A stretch of 64,000 nucleotides of DNA, taken from NCBI RefSeq assembly GCF_023055435.1, contig NW_025963779.1, forward strand, positions 92,504,001 to 92,568,000, in the 5' to 3' direction. Position 1 is the stretch's first letter, and each line of letters starts with the position of its first letter. The stretch comes from Haliotis rufescens. Taxonomy: Eukaryota. Below the pieces are notes generated by a model that made no database searches, had not been told where the DNA came from, and saw only the letters and a program-made list of their open reading frames with translations. Shown here piece by piece: positions 26,803-38,822 of this stretch. Made by a program: the position numbers and the translations under genes.

Positions 26803-27926
26803 TGTCACGAAGGTGTGCTCCAATGATGAGGGGTGTCATTTAACAAGAATAAAGTAATAATCAAAACGTAGTAGTTTTTTTTACTAACAGCTAATTATAC
26901 TAATAGATGACAATATATAGGATCAAATAAATGCAAGCTGACACAAGCAGCCTAGCTAAGCAACTGTATTACAGTAATACAACAAGAGTAGCTCAAGCAA
27001 CACTTTACAAACAACAAGATACAGACAAGATACATAGACAGCCAATTTTAAGTCGGCTGCGACCAATTAACGACCAATTAACGGCTGGGTTAAATAACGG
27101 TATATCCCTGCAATAAGTCACTTAAACAATAAAATAAATGAGAACGTCTGAATACCAAACTAGTCTAATAGACTGAAGATTCAATCACTTTTACTGAGCA
27201 AGAAAATACTAAAAAGCTACATGATCACAGGAAGGTTGGTTATCCACGGATTTCTAGAAAAAACTGAGTATTGGAAACCCTTGTTACCAAGTTTAGATCA
27301 ATACAACAAGAGTAAGTCAGTACTAGATCAAAATTGCCCTGTAATCACTAACTAACAGAACCTGAGTTTCTTGTGACCAACCAATAGCGAGACAATCGTA
27401 AATATATATAATGAACGCGGACCTCAGAGTAGGCAATCTCCTCTTGGACAACCGGGGAATTCAACAGACTGGGGTGGGGTGTTTCTAACACGGGGGAACA
27501 TGAATAGCCAACTGACTACTTTGTCCATAAGGAAGGCGTATCTACCAAGACGAAGCGCTCAACATAGGCTATACACGAGTATCATTAAAGATATACAACA
27601 AGCCATGCACACTTATCGAAGAGGCAAAACCGATCATAAATACATGAGAAATATCTGAGTGTACATAAAAATTCCCAATAATGTTTGGAAATCACAGTCA
27701 CAATTACATTTTCAACACATGAATAAGGTAGCGAACATATAGGAGATAACAAACATCAATTATACTCGGAATGAGTGTGCCATTACATGGCAAGAGAATG
27801 AAATTCTCTGACGTAGAATGTAATGACACTGTACAACGGCGAATTTACCGAGCGGTGTCGGAAATAAAGCGAAGGAGCAGTCCGATCACTAGACCGAGAC
27901 AATGGTAGATTGACGAGACGGTGACA
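26803..27926 (-). mobile_element. probable solo LTR (Gypsy-like), 1124 bp
   Basis: TGTCAC...GTGACA inverted termini; 4-bp flanks ATTC/ATAC (TSD with one mismatch); interrupts a SINE tail; homologous fragment at about 32098-32560. Strand inferred from TATA-like and AGTAAA positions. Confidence 0.65.
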
Positions 27927-28137
27927 ATACTCACTCATTCATACACGGTTTAAATTCTCAAACTGTGACGACAAACAAACTACAGAAACAATGATCCTTA
28001 CATATACAGTTATAACTGACTAAACCCCCACAAGAACGAGGTTGTCTGGACAGAAAATAGGTTGGTAATGACGGGAGAAGGGAATGTAGGGGGATACAAG
28101 CCACAAGTGTTCCATGGGCTCTTCAAGCTTCTGACCG

Positions 28138-28238
28138 GGACCCCGTTCCACAAAGCGATCGTAGCGCTAAGACAATCATAACTCCCATACTTTAACATAG
28201 ACTTACGGCAGTCTTAGCACTGGCTTTACGGGACATGG
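28138..28238. mobile_element. ~100-bp hairpin MITE-like element (duplicated at 28884-28984)
   Basis: Imperfect inverted ends CCGTTCCACAAAGC / GCTTTACGGGACATGG with inner GCTAAGAC / GTCTTAGC. Confidence 0.45.
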
Positions 28239-28254
28239 CGGGCCTTTATCAACG

Positions 28255-28319
28255 TGACGTCATGTGAACGCATTGTCGCAATAAAATGTACTTGACGTCA
28301 TCCATTGTTCATGACGTCA
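28255..28319. promoter_or_regulatory. cluster of three perfect CRE palindromes (TGACGTCA), duplicated at 31566-31630
   Basis: TGACGTCA at 28255, 28293 and 28312. The motifs are present; function is not shown. Confidence 0.3.
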
Positions 28320-29464
28320 TGACGATGCTATGTGACGCTATCCTAGGAATGAGTGAGCGAGTTGGTGTCTCCATGTAAGATCAGGAAACAAACGTCTGCT
28401 ACATTTCCACAAAAGAAAGACTTACATAAGGATCGTCCACTTGGATGGTCAATTTCATGCTGTATAGAAAACAGGCAGTGAACTGAAACCTGTCATGGCT
28501 TTAGCTCACTTAGCATTCAGGCGCCTTATACGTCTCGTTTTATTGTGAAATAACTTCTGGTATTTGAAGACACACGCTCACTTATTATAACCAGGCCAAG
28601 CTCCTGTTTGAAGAACGTTGTTTGGACGTCCAATTTGGATCATGTTACTACAAGTTTTGTTAAACACATTCTTCCTGCATTAGAATTATAAACCAAAGGC
28701 CACCATGAATTCAGTTCAATTTGTGCCTGATTATAGCTCAGTTTATGCTAAATCGCAGGCATCAAGATGTCTGCTGAACCAGAGCTTAGTTACATTAGTT
28801 ACTAGGGTTTGTGATACTAAGTGAAGGGAATGTAGGGGGATACAAGCCACAAGTGTTCCATGGGCTCTTCAAGCTTCTGACCGGGACCCCGTTCCACAAA
28901 GCGATCGTAGCGCTAAGACAATCATAACTCCCATACTTTAACATAGACTTACGGCAGTCTTAGCACTGGCTTTACGGGACATGGACCAGCCAGAATTGAA
29001 ATAGATAAAGTTATTTGGACATCATCATTTTGGGCCAGAGCCTAGGCTTGTGAATCCGGGCACTCCACAAATACGAAATGATTCCTGATATTGCCCAAAG
29101 GGGCACAGATATATAGAGTGTATTTATTGTGTCGAGTGAAACATGATATTTCATGAGATATATGGAATATCCTATTAATTATATACTTTTTTTTTGTAGG
29201 TGTCAACCGGAAAATGAAATTATTTCATTACAAATGTAAAACCTTGAAACGTAAACATCACCCCTTGTATTTGCGACTCAAAAAGTAGTTCCGTGTTTGC
29301 ACAATCTTAAAGACTATAAACCAAATTATCAAAAATATTTAGGGTCACGAAAATTCTTTATCATACACACAAGAAGGCCACAAATAGAAGCGAAAGAATA
29401 CACTATGGTCAAGCAACAAAAATGACGCTTTGCAAAACGAACAATTGACGAGTAAAATGAGAAA

Positions 29465-31053
29465 ATTACAATTTATAACGAAACATTTTCGAGAGAATAT
29501 TAAACGACAAGAAGTGATATACATGTAAACTCCATAAAGGACAATCTGTCAATATTTTGCCTGGCCAATGTGGAACTAATGTGAAACAAACTTCAACAGT
29601 CTGTGTACGGCCTTGACACTTACCATAAAGGGAGACAATTCAAGGAGAGGTAATTCTTGTATGACAACAGTTCCGTCAGTGTCATGTTCTCTGCAGTGAA
29701 ATATCAAGTGTTATTACCCACGTGGTGAAGATACAGGTGGTAAGATACTAAATCCGTACGTCACACGTGTGTCGTACAAGGTTGACCTTGTTTTATTCGT
29801 TTTCATTGGAACACAATGACCTCTGTCACACCGGGACTACTTTTTTCATTCATAAAAAAATCACGAGACGTCATTCATTTTGCAACTACAAGGCAGAACT
29901 GAAGAAATTAATGAGAACGAGAGATATTTACTAACACGTTATTAAACAAAACAAAATAGTCACACACATCAAATTCGGTTTGCATTATATAAGTTATGCA
30001 TAGAGCTTCTACAGACATTATATAATCGAGCTATATCAATTAACAATGTACGACTGCCGATCAATAGAGCGAGGGTCCCATGAGAGTGACGCACCCGACC
30101 ATGTTCGCAACTTTCAATTTGATTTAACGTAAAAGGATAAGCGCGGTGAAATGAAGTCTGTTTAAACTATCTGGGCAGATATCTAGACTTACTTGGGATG
30201 ATCCGTTTGTGCCATCAGTGTCCCCTTCGAAGCGTATTTTGTATCGCTGTTTCTAAAGGTGTTGTTCATGAATGAACGTACACGACTGCACGACCAGATT
30301 ACTAACAGTGAACAGTCCTGATGCAAATCATTCGAAAACTCCCTGGAAGTGTGCCTGACTTCTGATTTTGTGGCCCCAAACATCCCAAATGTGAACAATA
30401 ACATTCCCTATCTCTAGCGTAAAACGCTGTGAGTAGATCACGGTTGTCTTTTCTTATTCCGGTGGTGACCTTGCCCTTCGATCGTTCGAAGCTGTCACTG
30501 ACATGCAAGCAGCCTTGAATTTGTTGATTTTCACGTCTTCGGTATAGGGTTGTACAGTTAACATGAATGTCTTTGGCGAACACTATGATTTCCCTCTTCC
30601 AAAATGGTACGAACATGATATAAATACAGCTGATAGATAAAGGAAACCGAACCATTTTGATTGCACAGACGGGACACCGGCAGAGCGAGTGACCGATTGT
30701 TAGTCCGATATTCAAAGCGCGGCGCTAATGTGACTTTTCAAATTTTCTTATAGGTGTCCTTAGTACTAACAACATAGCGCTTGAATTATCATAAGTTGAA
30801 GAATTTCTTCCAAAAGGATCTTGAGCGTCGGTGCTGTTTTGTTGGCATAGAAATGTCAAAATGCCCATATTTGGGCATATATCAATATTCATGCGCAACC
30901 AGATTTTGCAACCGGTTTCGCTCGGTCAGATACCATAGAAAGTCCACTCGTTTCGTAAAAATGGTATCTAACGAGAATGAGTGTAGTATTCTCTCTTTAT
31001 GTTTATGTTCACTGCAGTGACAATATCACTTTTCTCAACTTCAGTATATAATA
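29465..31053. mobile_element. second copy of the 1707-3442 element family, interrupted by about 1.3 kb of other sequence
   Basis: 29465-29714 matches 1805-2003 plus 3357-3385. The right end TTATGTTCACTGCAGTG...CAACTTCAGTATATAATA resumes at about 31002. Confidence 0.6.
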
Positions 31054-31067
31054 GTATTGTATAAAAG

Positions 31068-31462
31068 TATTTATCATCCAAAACTGGCTCCCACAGGAGA
31101 TATCCTTGGGTGAGATCAAGCGATATCTACACTGTAGATATCGCTGCTATGAAATTGCATCGCAATGCTTTGGTAACCATGACGTCACAATCTAATGACA
31201 TCACTAATGGCTCTGCTACTGAAGCTGTTAGCAGTACTTTTTTACACTGAAGACACTGCTAATTACTGTCTACAAACTGAAAAAGTTGGAAGAATGATGT
31301 TGGATGATAAATAAAATCTCACCCGAGTGTCTTTTGATATCAAATATATCAACACTCGTTAAAAGTGGCAAAAATCCTCGGGAAGCCTCGGAATTTTTCC
31401 AATTTTATCAACTCGTGTTGATATATTTGATATCAAAAGACACTCGGGTGAGATTCTCTATA
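31068..31462 (-). mobile_element. non-autonomous element with terminal hairpin and 14-bp inverted repeat (same architecture as 21554-22575)
   Basis: Perfect 41-bp inverted repeat at 31315-31355 / 31415-31455. TATTTATCATCCAA at 31068-31081 is inverted at 31300-31313. Confidence 0.65.
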
Positions 31463-31551
31463 TAAGTGTACAATAAAAGGGACATTATTTTCAGTACTTC
31501 TCACAATTTTCGTTACAACGTTCGCCATATTGTTGGCATTGTTTGCGAAGA

Positions 31552-32134
31552 GGCCTTTATCAACGTGACGTCATGTGAACGCATTGTCGCAATAAAATGT
31601 ACTTGACGTCATCCATTGTTCATGACGTCATGACGATGCTATGTGACGCTATCCTAGGAATGAGTGAGCGAGTTGGTGTCTCCATGTAAGATCAGGAAAC
31701 AAACGTCTGCTACATTTCCACAAAAGAAAGACTTACATAAGGATCGTCCACTTGGATGGTCAATTTCATGCTGTATAGAAAACAGGCAGTGAACTGAAAC
31801 CTGTCATGGCTTTAGCTCACTTAGCATTCAGGCGCCTTATACGTCTCGTTTTATTGTGAAATAACTTCTGGTATTTGAAGACACACGCTCACTTATTATA
31901 ACCAGGCCAAGCTCCTGTTTGAAGAACGTTGTTTGGACGTCCAATTTGGATCATGTTACTACAAGTTTTGTTAAACACATTCTTCCTGCATTAGAATTAT
32001 AAACCAAAGGCCACCATGAATTCAGTTCAATTTGTGCCTGATTATAGCTCAGTTTATGCTAAATCGCAGGCATCAAGATGTCTGCTGAACCAGAGCTTAG
32101 TTACATTAGTTACTAGGGTTTGTGATACTAAGTG
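31552..32134. repeat. source copy of duplicated segment B
   Basis: Matches 28241-28823 (offset 3311 bp) and continues into the LTR-like fragment. Confidence 0.95.
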
Positions 32135-32560
32135 TTGCTAGTAAACCGTGGATAACTAACTTTGCCGTGATTTCTAAGCTGTTAGTAACTAGTATTTCTA
32201 ATACTCAGTTTTTCTAGCAATCTAACTATTTGGAAACTTTAGTATTTCCTTGTTCAGTCAAAGTGACGGAAACTTTTATCGATTAGGACTAGTTGATATT
32301 CAGACATAATCGTCTATTTTGTAGTCTAAGTGACTTACTTTAGGGAATGGCCCTCAGTGTTTTCCGTTATTTTCTTCAGCCGAGGTTATTCACTCGCTGG
32401 AGTGTGGAGATAATTGACTCAGGTGGTAATTTGCATTCTACGCATCTGGTCCGTATCTTGTCAAAGTGTTTCAACAACCTTCCTTTTTAATGCTGTAATA
32501 CAGTTGTGTGGCTAAATTACTTGTATGTTAGCACAGATACAATTAGTTTGCACAGATTGG
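32098..32560 (+). mobile_element. LTR-like fragment related to 26803-27926
   Basis: Diverged reverse-complement similarity (CCGTGGATAAC, AATACTCAGTTTTTCTAG, GACTAG..GATATTCAGAC, TAAGTGACTTA, GTAATACAGTTG). Confidence 0.6.
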
Positions 32561-32829
32561 GTCTATGTACATGTATGTATCCATCTATATGTTTTACATA
32601 TTTAAAGCTCGTCACGATATGGCTGAAATATTGCGTAAAGCATGAACTCACTCACTCACATATTTAGAGACACCCCATATGAATATGCCTTCCACAATTA
32701 TATCTGATTACCTCGAATATGAATTATATTAATACATTAGAATCCTCTGACCTCTGTGGGAAATCTAGTTATAAATGGCAGCCCATTGGCTGCTGGGGAA
32801 AGCAGCCACTACCCAACAAAAGCAGCTAG

Positions 32830-33381
32830 ACCCTATCCAGTAATCCTAAGATGTCTGCTGAACCAGAGCCTAACCCTATCAGGAATCCCAAGATGTCTGC
32901 TGAACCAGAGCTTAACACTATCAGTAATATAATCCTAAGATGTCTGCTGAAAGAGAGCTTAACCCTGTCGGTAATCCTAAGATGTCTGCTGAAAGAGAGC
33001 TTAACCCTATCGGTAATCTTAAGATGTCTCCTGAACCAGAGCTTAACCCTATCGGTAATCCTAAGATGTCTGCTGAACCAGAGCTTAACCCTATCGGTAA
33101 TCCTAAGATGTCTGTTGAACCAGAGCTTAACCCTATCGGTAATCCTAAGATGTCTGCTGAAAGAGAGCTTAACCCTATCGGTAATCTTAAGATGTCTGCT
33201 GAACCAGAGCTTAACCCTATCAGTAATCTTAAGATGTCTGCTGAACCAGAGCTTAACCCTATCAGTAATATAATCCTAAGATGTCTGCTGAACCAGAGCT
33301 TAACCCTATCAGTAATATAATCCTAAGATGTCTGCTGAACCAGAGCTTAACCCTATCGGTAATCCTAAGATGTCCTAACCC
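32830..33381. repeat. 42-bp minisatellite (ATGTCTGCTGAACCAGAGCTTAACCCTATCGGTAATCCTAAG), about 12 copies
   Basis: Head-to-tail units, some 47 bp. Orphan partial unit at 32075-32099. Confidence 0.97.
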
Positions 33382-35152
33382 AAAACAACACACAAAACGT
33401 AACTGAAAATATAACAGCCGGGTCTTGCGCCACCCGGGTGATGCGCTGACAATCACACTGTGGCGCCCCACAAGTATCGTAAGGAACAGAGTTTGAAAAA
33501 TAACAGTTCCCACGATAACAACATTGATCATATTGACCTAAACGTAATGAGAGTTTATCTGAAGTAAATTACATCATTGTCTTCAATCTGCGCGCAATGA
33601 GTTCATGTGGAACTGAACCACACGTGGACAGACGTATTGTGTATACAAATGATGTCATGCACAGTTTCATTAACAGAGATGAAAGGCATCAACTGAATGA
33701 AGCAGATTTTCCCGTTGATTGTTTCCGATAATGTTAATTACTAACATCCGCGACAATCAATAAGACAGCACTGACTTCCACTCATCCTTGTCTTCTACTG
33801 ATTTCGTGGGTTTCATGCTCAGTAGCTCACCTGCACACGGACAATGTGGAACTGGTGCTTTCTTCATGAGTAGAGGCGTGGAGAGAGATCCTGTCTCGTT
33901 ACATTATCCTTCAGGGTGTTCGGTAATAGATGATTCGTTCGTCATTTGCTACAATATAAACTCCGAGCTGTGTATCAAACATTCATGATCAGTGTCGAAC
34001 CAAGGAGATGCTGAACCTCTGGACAAAGTGAAGTATCATGACGTTTAGATAAACATCTTGCTAGGGTAAATCTACCTATCATAACGTTTAGATCGGTGAA
34101 AATTATGCTAAATATACATTAAGTATAGATGGGCAGATTGCCAAGGTAAATGTCTTTCATAACGTTCACGTGTGTAGTTTGTAGCGGTATATGTAACTTT
34201 TACAACGTCTCAGTAGTAAATGTTGTTGAGCTTGACAGTATTACCTTCAAATGGACCACTGAGTTGAGCCTGAAAACATCTAAGAGGCTTTAGTACCGAT
34301 GTAAAATAGCATTACTTTTTATTTATACTCTACAGACTTTGCAACACAGTTTACAGTTTCATATCGTATGTTTAATAACTTTAATATCTGAATGCTAACT
34401 TAGAAGGACAGTTTAGCGAACATTTAACGTTTTAAAGCTTTTAATTTGTAAACTATATACCTTTCATATCACAAACAACGATAATATTGCCGCCGTCTCA
34501 TACCCCTGCAGAGGCAGCCATCTTAATCTCCAGGTTTAATATGTTTCGCAAACGTGTTATCAAAAGCCCGGGGCCAATTTATTCAACTCTCATGCATTCC
34601 TCCCAACACGAACAGCTGTCAGTAACCAGAACATACATACATTTATACTCTGCAAAAGAAATCGCAAAATAGCAATATCGTGAATATCTGACACGAGTGT
34701 TGCGAATATCCGTACAAACTTAATACAAAAAATGAATGTGTCATTTCGACATGGGTTGGGATTATTTTTTGTGGAAAGAATGATGTTCTGCAGAAATTTG
34801 GTGAAAAGATGGATAAATGGCAAAAGCACAACCACGTGAGAGCCTGGCGCCGGAACACACAAACATGACATGCACATGCAACAACACTTGTTGGGCTATA
34901 AAAGCGTTGGGTTTTCATTTGAATGTCATCTCAATCTTCAGCAAGTTATCAGCGAAATCATGCCACGACTTACGTCTACAGGCGAATCATCTTCCGCCGT
35001 AGCAGTTTTTTCCACGTAGCACCAAGCACCATTGCAAGACTGCGGAACCGTTATCAGACACACATGACAACATGTAACCTACACTACTAAAGCACAGGAC
35101 AGATTCATATGGCCACGTCAATTACGTGAAAGAATCATCTAAGCTACCTCTA

Positions 35153-35405
35153 CACGGTACGCTGTGGTGCGGACGCAGAAGCACGGATGCTGTAGCACGG
35201 ATGCTGTAGCATGGACGCTGTGGCACGGACCCTGTGGTGCGGACGCAGAAGCACGGACGCAGAAGCACGGACGCTGTGGCACGGACGCTGTGGCACGGAC
35301 GCAGAGGCACGGACGCTGTTGTACGGACGCTGAGGCACGGACGCAGAGGCACGGACGCTTTGGTGCGGACGCGGTGGCACGGACGCTGTGGCACGGACGC
35401 AGAGG
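35153..35405. repeat. GC-rich 14-bp minisatellite (GCACGGACGCTGTG / GCACGGACGCAGAG)
   Basis: About 18 variant units. Confidence 0.93.
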
Positions 35406-35959
35406 TTTGAATATGTTTGGGGTAGAGTCACGAGGGACAGTTGACATAGCCTTGCGATAATTCTTCCCAGGAATTAATATTCAATTAATCATCAAGAGTG
35501 AAGAAACTATTTCACCGATGCATCGATGTGGATGCTCCATCTTGATTGTCAGTAATGATAGGACAATGTTACCATGGATACGTTAGATCCATGGACTGTA
35601 ATTTGAACAACATCATAAACGTCAACCCATCATGAGGTAACTTAAAAAGTGTACTTCATCGAAGGATGAAAGGACATTCGGCGACTTTGATCTTTCAGCG
35701 AGCATCTTAACGTAACGTAAAACAAGTAAGTGTGCTTCATATAAAGTGATGTAAATGTTAAGTTATTGAAAATCATGAAGCTTTATCATCACAAATTCAT
35801 TTACAAAACGCGGTAACAGAAGACGGAAAGACACGCCCTAAAAGTAGTGGTTTAACTATTTTAACAATTTTAATATTGTATGTGTAACCATTTGTGTTAA
35901 AACCATTGAAAATGATTGAAAACAGCCTCGGGAGGTTTGTTCCAAATGTCAACCAAAGA

Positions 35960-36835
35960 CTGGTTCTTGTCCTGTCGAAGGCGTCGATCCATCTCATCTC
36001 AGACATGTTCGATTGGAGAGATTTCTTGGGAAACAGCCCCACATGGCAGTACAGCAACGTCTTCCTGCCTGAAACAGCATGTTACAACACGTGCAACATG
36101 TGGCCGGACATTTTCCTGCTGCGACATGACGTTACCTCCCTGTACTGCACAAAGGGGAGAACATGATCTCGAACCATATCGCCCCGGTAGTGTACGTCAT
36201 CCAAACTGCCACTATCAATGATGAGTTGTGTTCTCCCATGTGTTGTGATGACTCCACCACACTTCCACCCACAACCTAACGATGTTGTGTAACGCAAGCG
36301 TCACTCATCTGTGAACATTATACTAGTCTTGTCTTCTGAACCTCAGATGCTGTCTGCACTAGGCTAGGCGTGACTGACGATGACGTGGAAGAAAAACTGG
36401 GCGAATCGCTGGACGTCGGAAACGAATGTTTGCGATCGGTTCTGCCACTAATTGGTCTCGACCTAGGAATATTGTCCGAGTTTAATGTGGCAGTATGGTA
36501 TCAATTCCGTAGATACCCCAACCGCATACGGTTGTCTTGTTGACGTGACGTCACACGATGACGGCAGGCCCGTGGTGTGTCAATGCAATTGTTGCCCTGC
36601 TGACGATAACGTCCTACAAAAGATAATACTCTGTTTCTATGACCATTAACATGTCATTCCTGTTTTCAATATACCCACGGCGCGAAGACGTTCATTTTCA
36701 GCAAACTGTTGCATTACGAAGTGTTATTTATGGTTAAACAAAAAGTATTTTACGACCACCTGGCAGCTATACTATTCATGTTCAAAAACCAAATGTGTAT
36801 CATAATCCCATCAAACACGCAAACACCCAGATTTT
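35960..36835 (-). mobile_element. decayed Tc1-like transposon (second family)
   Basis: Minus strand shows GGVITTHGRTQLII..GSL..YRGDMVRDHVLPF, SPIEH and MFTDE remnants. Homologous to 13288-14180. Confidence 0.85.
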
Positions 36836-37334
36836 GCTATATGCATCAATTAACATGTAAGTGCAAACTGTGAATCACAAACCTTCAAATCAATATGCAA
36901 TTGTAACATTTTGTTTTGGATAACTGACAAACAGGCGAACAAAAACTCCAAACAAATAAAGTTAACATGTATCTGCGCACTCAACATTCTGCATATCCAA
37001 AAAGCCTAATTGCTTGTTTCTCTCAGCACAAGTTAAAGCATTTGTTTAAATGAAATTGGCAGGCATCACCAAATAAATTAATCGGAATGCCAACAAACAA
37101 TTGTCGAGTCAACTTTTAATCTGTTCTGTGTTCGGCGGTCTGTAACTAATCGAGTCTGGACGAGACAGTCAGGTGAACATGAGTTTCAATTAAAAGTGTA
37201 TTTGTATTCGAGTTAATGCACTAGAACACTGCCATTGATATTTAATATGCTCATTGCTTTCTATTCCATGTGTTTTGTTTGTGTCAGTAGGCAGCACCAC
37301 AGCTGACGCGGGCACATCAGTGAAGCACGAGAGA

Positions 37335-38275
37335 ACAGAACACTGTGTATCACAGAGGAACAGAATATATGTGTAGCACAGAGGAACAGAATATATGTGT
37401 AGCACAGAGGAACAGAATATATGTGTATCACAGAGGAACAGAATATATGTGTAGAACAGAGGAACAGAATATATATGTAGCACAGAGGAACAGAATATAT
37501 GTGTAGCACAGAGGAACAGAATATATGTGTAGCACAGAGGAACAGAACGTAGCACAGAGGAACAGAATATATATGTAGCACAGAGGAACAGAATATATGT
37601 GTAGCACAGAGGAACAGAACGTAGCACAGAGGAACAGAATATATGTGTAGCACAGAGGAACAGAATATATATGTAGCACAGAGGATCAGAATATATGTGT
37701 AGCACAGAGGAACAGAATATATGTGTAGCACAGAGGAACAGAATATATGTGTAGCACAGAGGAACAGAATATATGTGTAGCACAGAGGAACAGAATATAT
37801 ATGTAGCACAGAGGAACAGAATATATGTGTAGCACAGAGGAACAGAATATATGTGTAGCACAGAGGAACAGAACGTAGCACAGAGGAACAGAATATATAT
37901 GTAGCACAGAGGAACAGAATATATGTGTAGCACAGAGGAACAGAACGTAGCACAGAGGAACAGAATATATGTGTAGCACAGAGGAACAGAATATATATGT
38001 AGCACAGAGGATCAGAATATATGTGTAGCACAGAGGAACAGAATATATGTGTAGCACAGAGGAACAGAATATATGTGTAGCACAGAGGAACAGAATATAT
38101 GTGTAGCACAGAGGAACAGAATATATATGTAGCACAGAGGAACAGAATATATGTGTAGCACAGAGGAACAGAATATATGTGTAGCACAGAGGAACAGAAT
38201 ATATGTGTAGCACAGAGGATCAGAATATATGTGTAGCACAGAGGAACAGAACGTAGCACAGAGGAACAGAACGTG
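37335..38275. repeat. 26-bp minisatellite (GTAGCACAGAGGAACAGAATATATGT) with 19-bp variant units, about 37 copies
   Basis: Head-to-tail units; ends 65 bp before the channel ATG. Confidence 0.98.
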
Positions 38276-38339
38276 CAGAGTAGAATAGGACTCGGTGAAG
38301 AAAGCTGTAAAGATAGGGTAATATACGCCCTTGTGCATA

Positions 38340-38822
38340 ATGTCAAAATCTCAAAATATGACAGCAACATCGGATCAGAAAAGCGAGGAAAAGATGTCGC
38401 CAGCCTTTGCGGACTCGATTAGCATGCAGGGTCTTCAACCCATCCTCGACCCGTCGTCGGGGTTCTGTAGGAAGTCCCTGTGGTTGACCGTTCTTCTGTT
38501 TGCCCTCTGTTTCACATCCTACAATATCTACAAACAGATGCTTCTCTACCTCAGCAGACCCATCAGTGTCAACGTGGATATAGTCAGAGGTAGCTCGTTA
38601 CCCTTTCCAACAATCACATTGTGCAGCATGAACTTTATAAGACGGACAGAGGCGGTCGAGTCGGGAGCAGACATGATTATTAAAACGATGAAAAGTTTTG
38701 GGTTTGAGAAAAATGGCACGCCTTTTTTCGACGGTTTGGACTTCACGTACTACCATGAGCCGGGATTGTGGGAGGAGTTTTATTCTGTCAATGGCCATAA
38801 AATAAACGACACCATCACCCAG
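38340..38822 (+). CDS. DEG/ENaC (ASIC/FaNaC-like) amiloride-sensitive channel subunit, first coding exon (N-terminus, TM1, start of ectodomain)
   Basis: FADSISMQGL (HG-motif region), RKSLWLTVLLFALCFTSYNIY (TM1), YLSRPISVNVDI, LPFPTITLCSMN (FPAVTxCNxN motif) and EFYSVNGHKINDTITQ (GH motif before a conserved Cys). In-frame TAA at 38319. Alternative ATGs at 38358 and 38394. Exon end is placed at CAG|GCAAGT. Confidence 0.9.

Larger units (their letters stand above)
28077..28984. repeat. local duplication block A-B-A (A=162 bp at 28077-28238 and 28823-28984; B=583 bp at 28241-28823)
   Basis: The A copies look identical by eye. B looks identical to 31552-32134. Confidence 0.95.

Noticed and set aside
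32851-33320. ORFs with MSAEPELNPIGNPK repeats
   Set aside because: The 42-bp unit is a multiple of 3, and the 47-bp variant units break the frame freely. There is no splice or homology support.
37190-38370. Long minus-strand ORFs (271-369 aa) rich in C/Y/I/L
   Set aside because: They are translations of the 26-bp minisatellite, which lacks stops on that strand.
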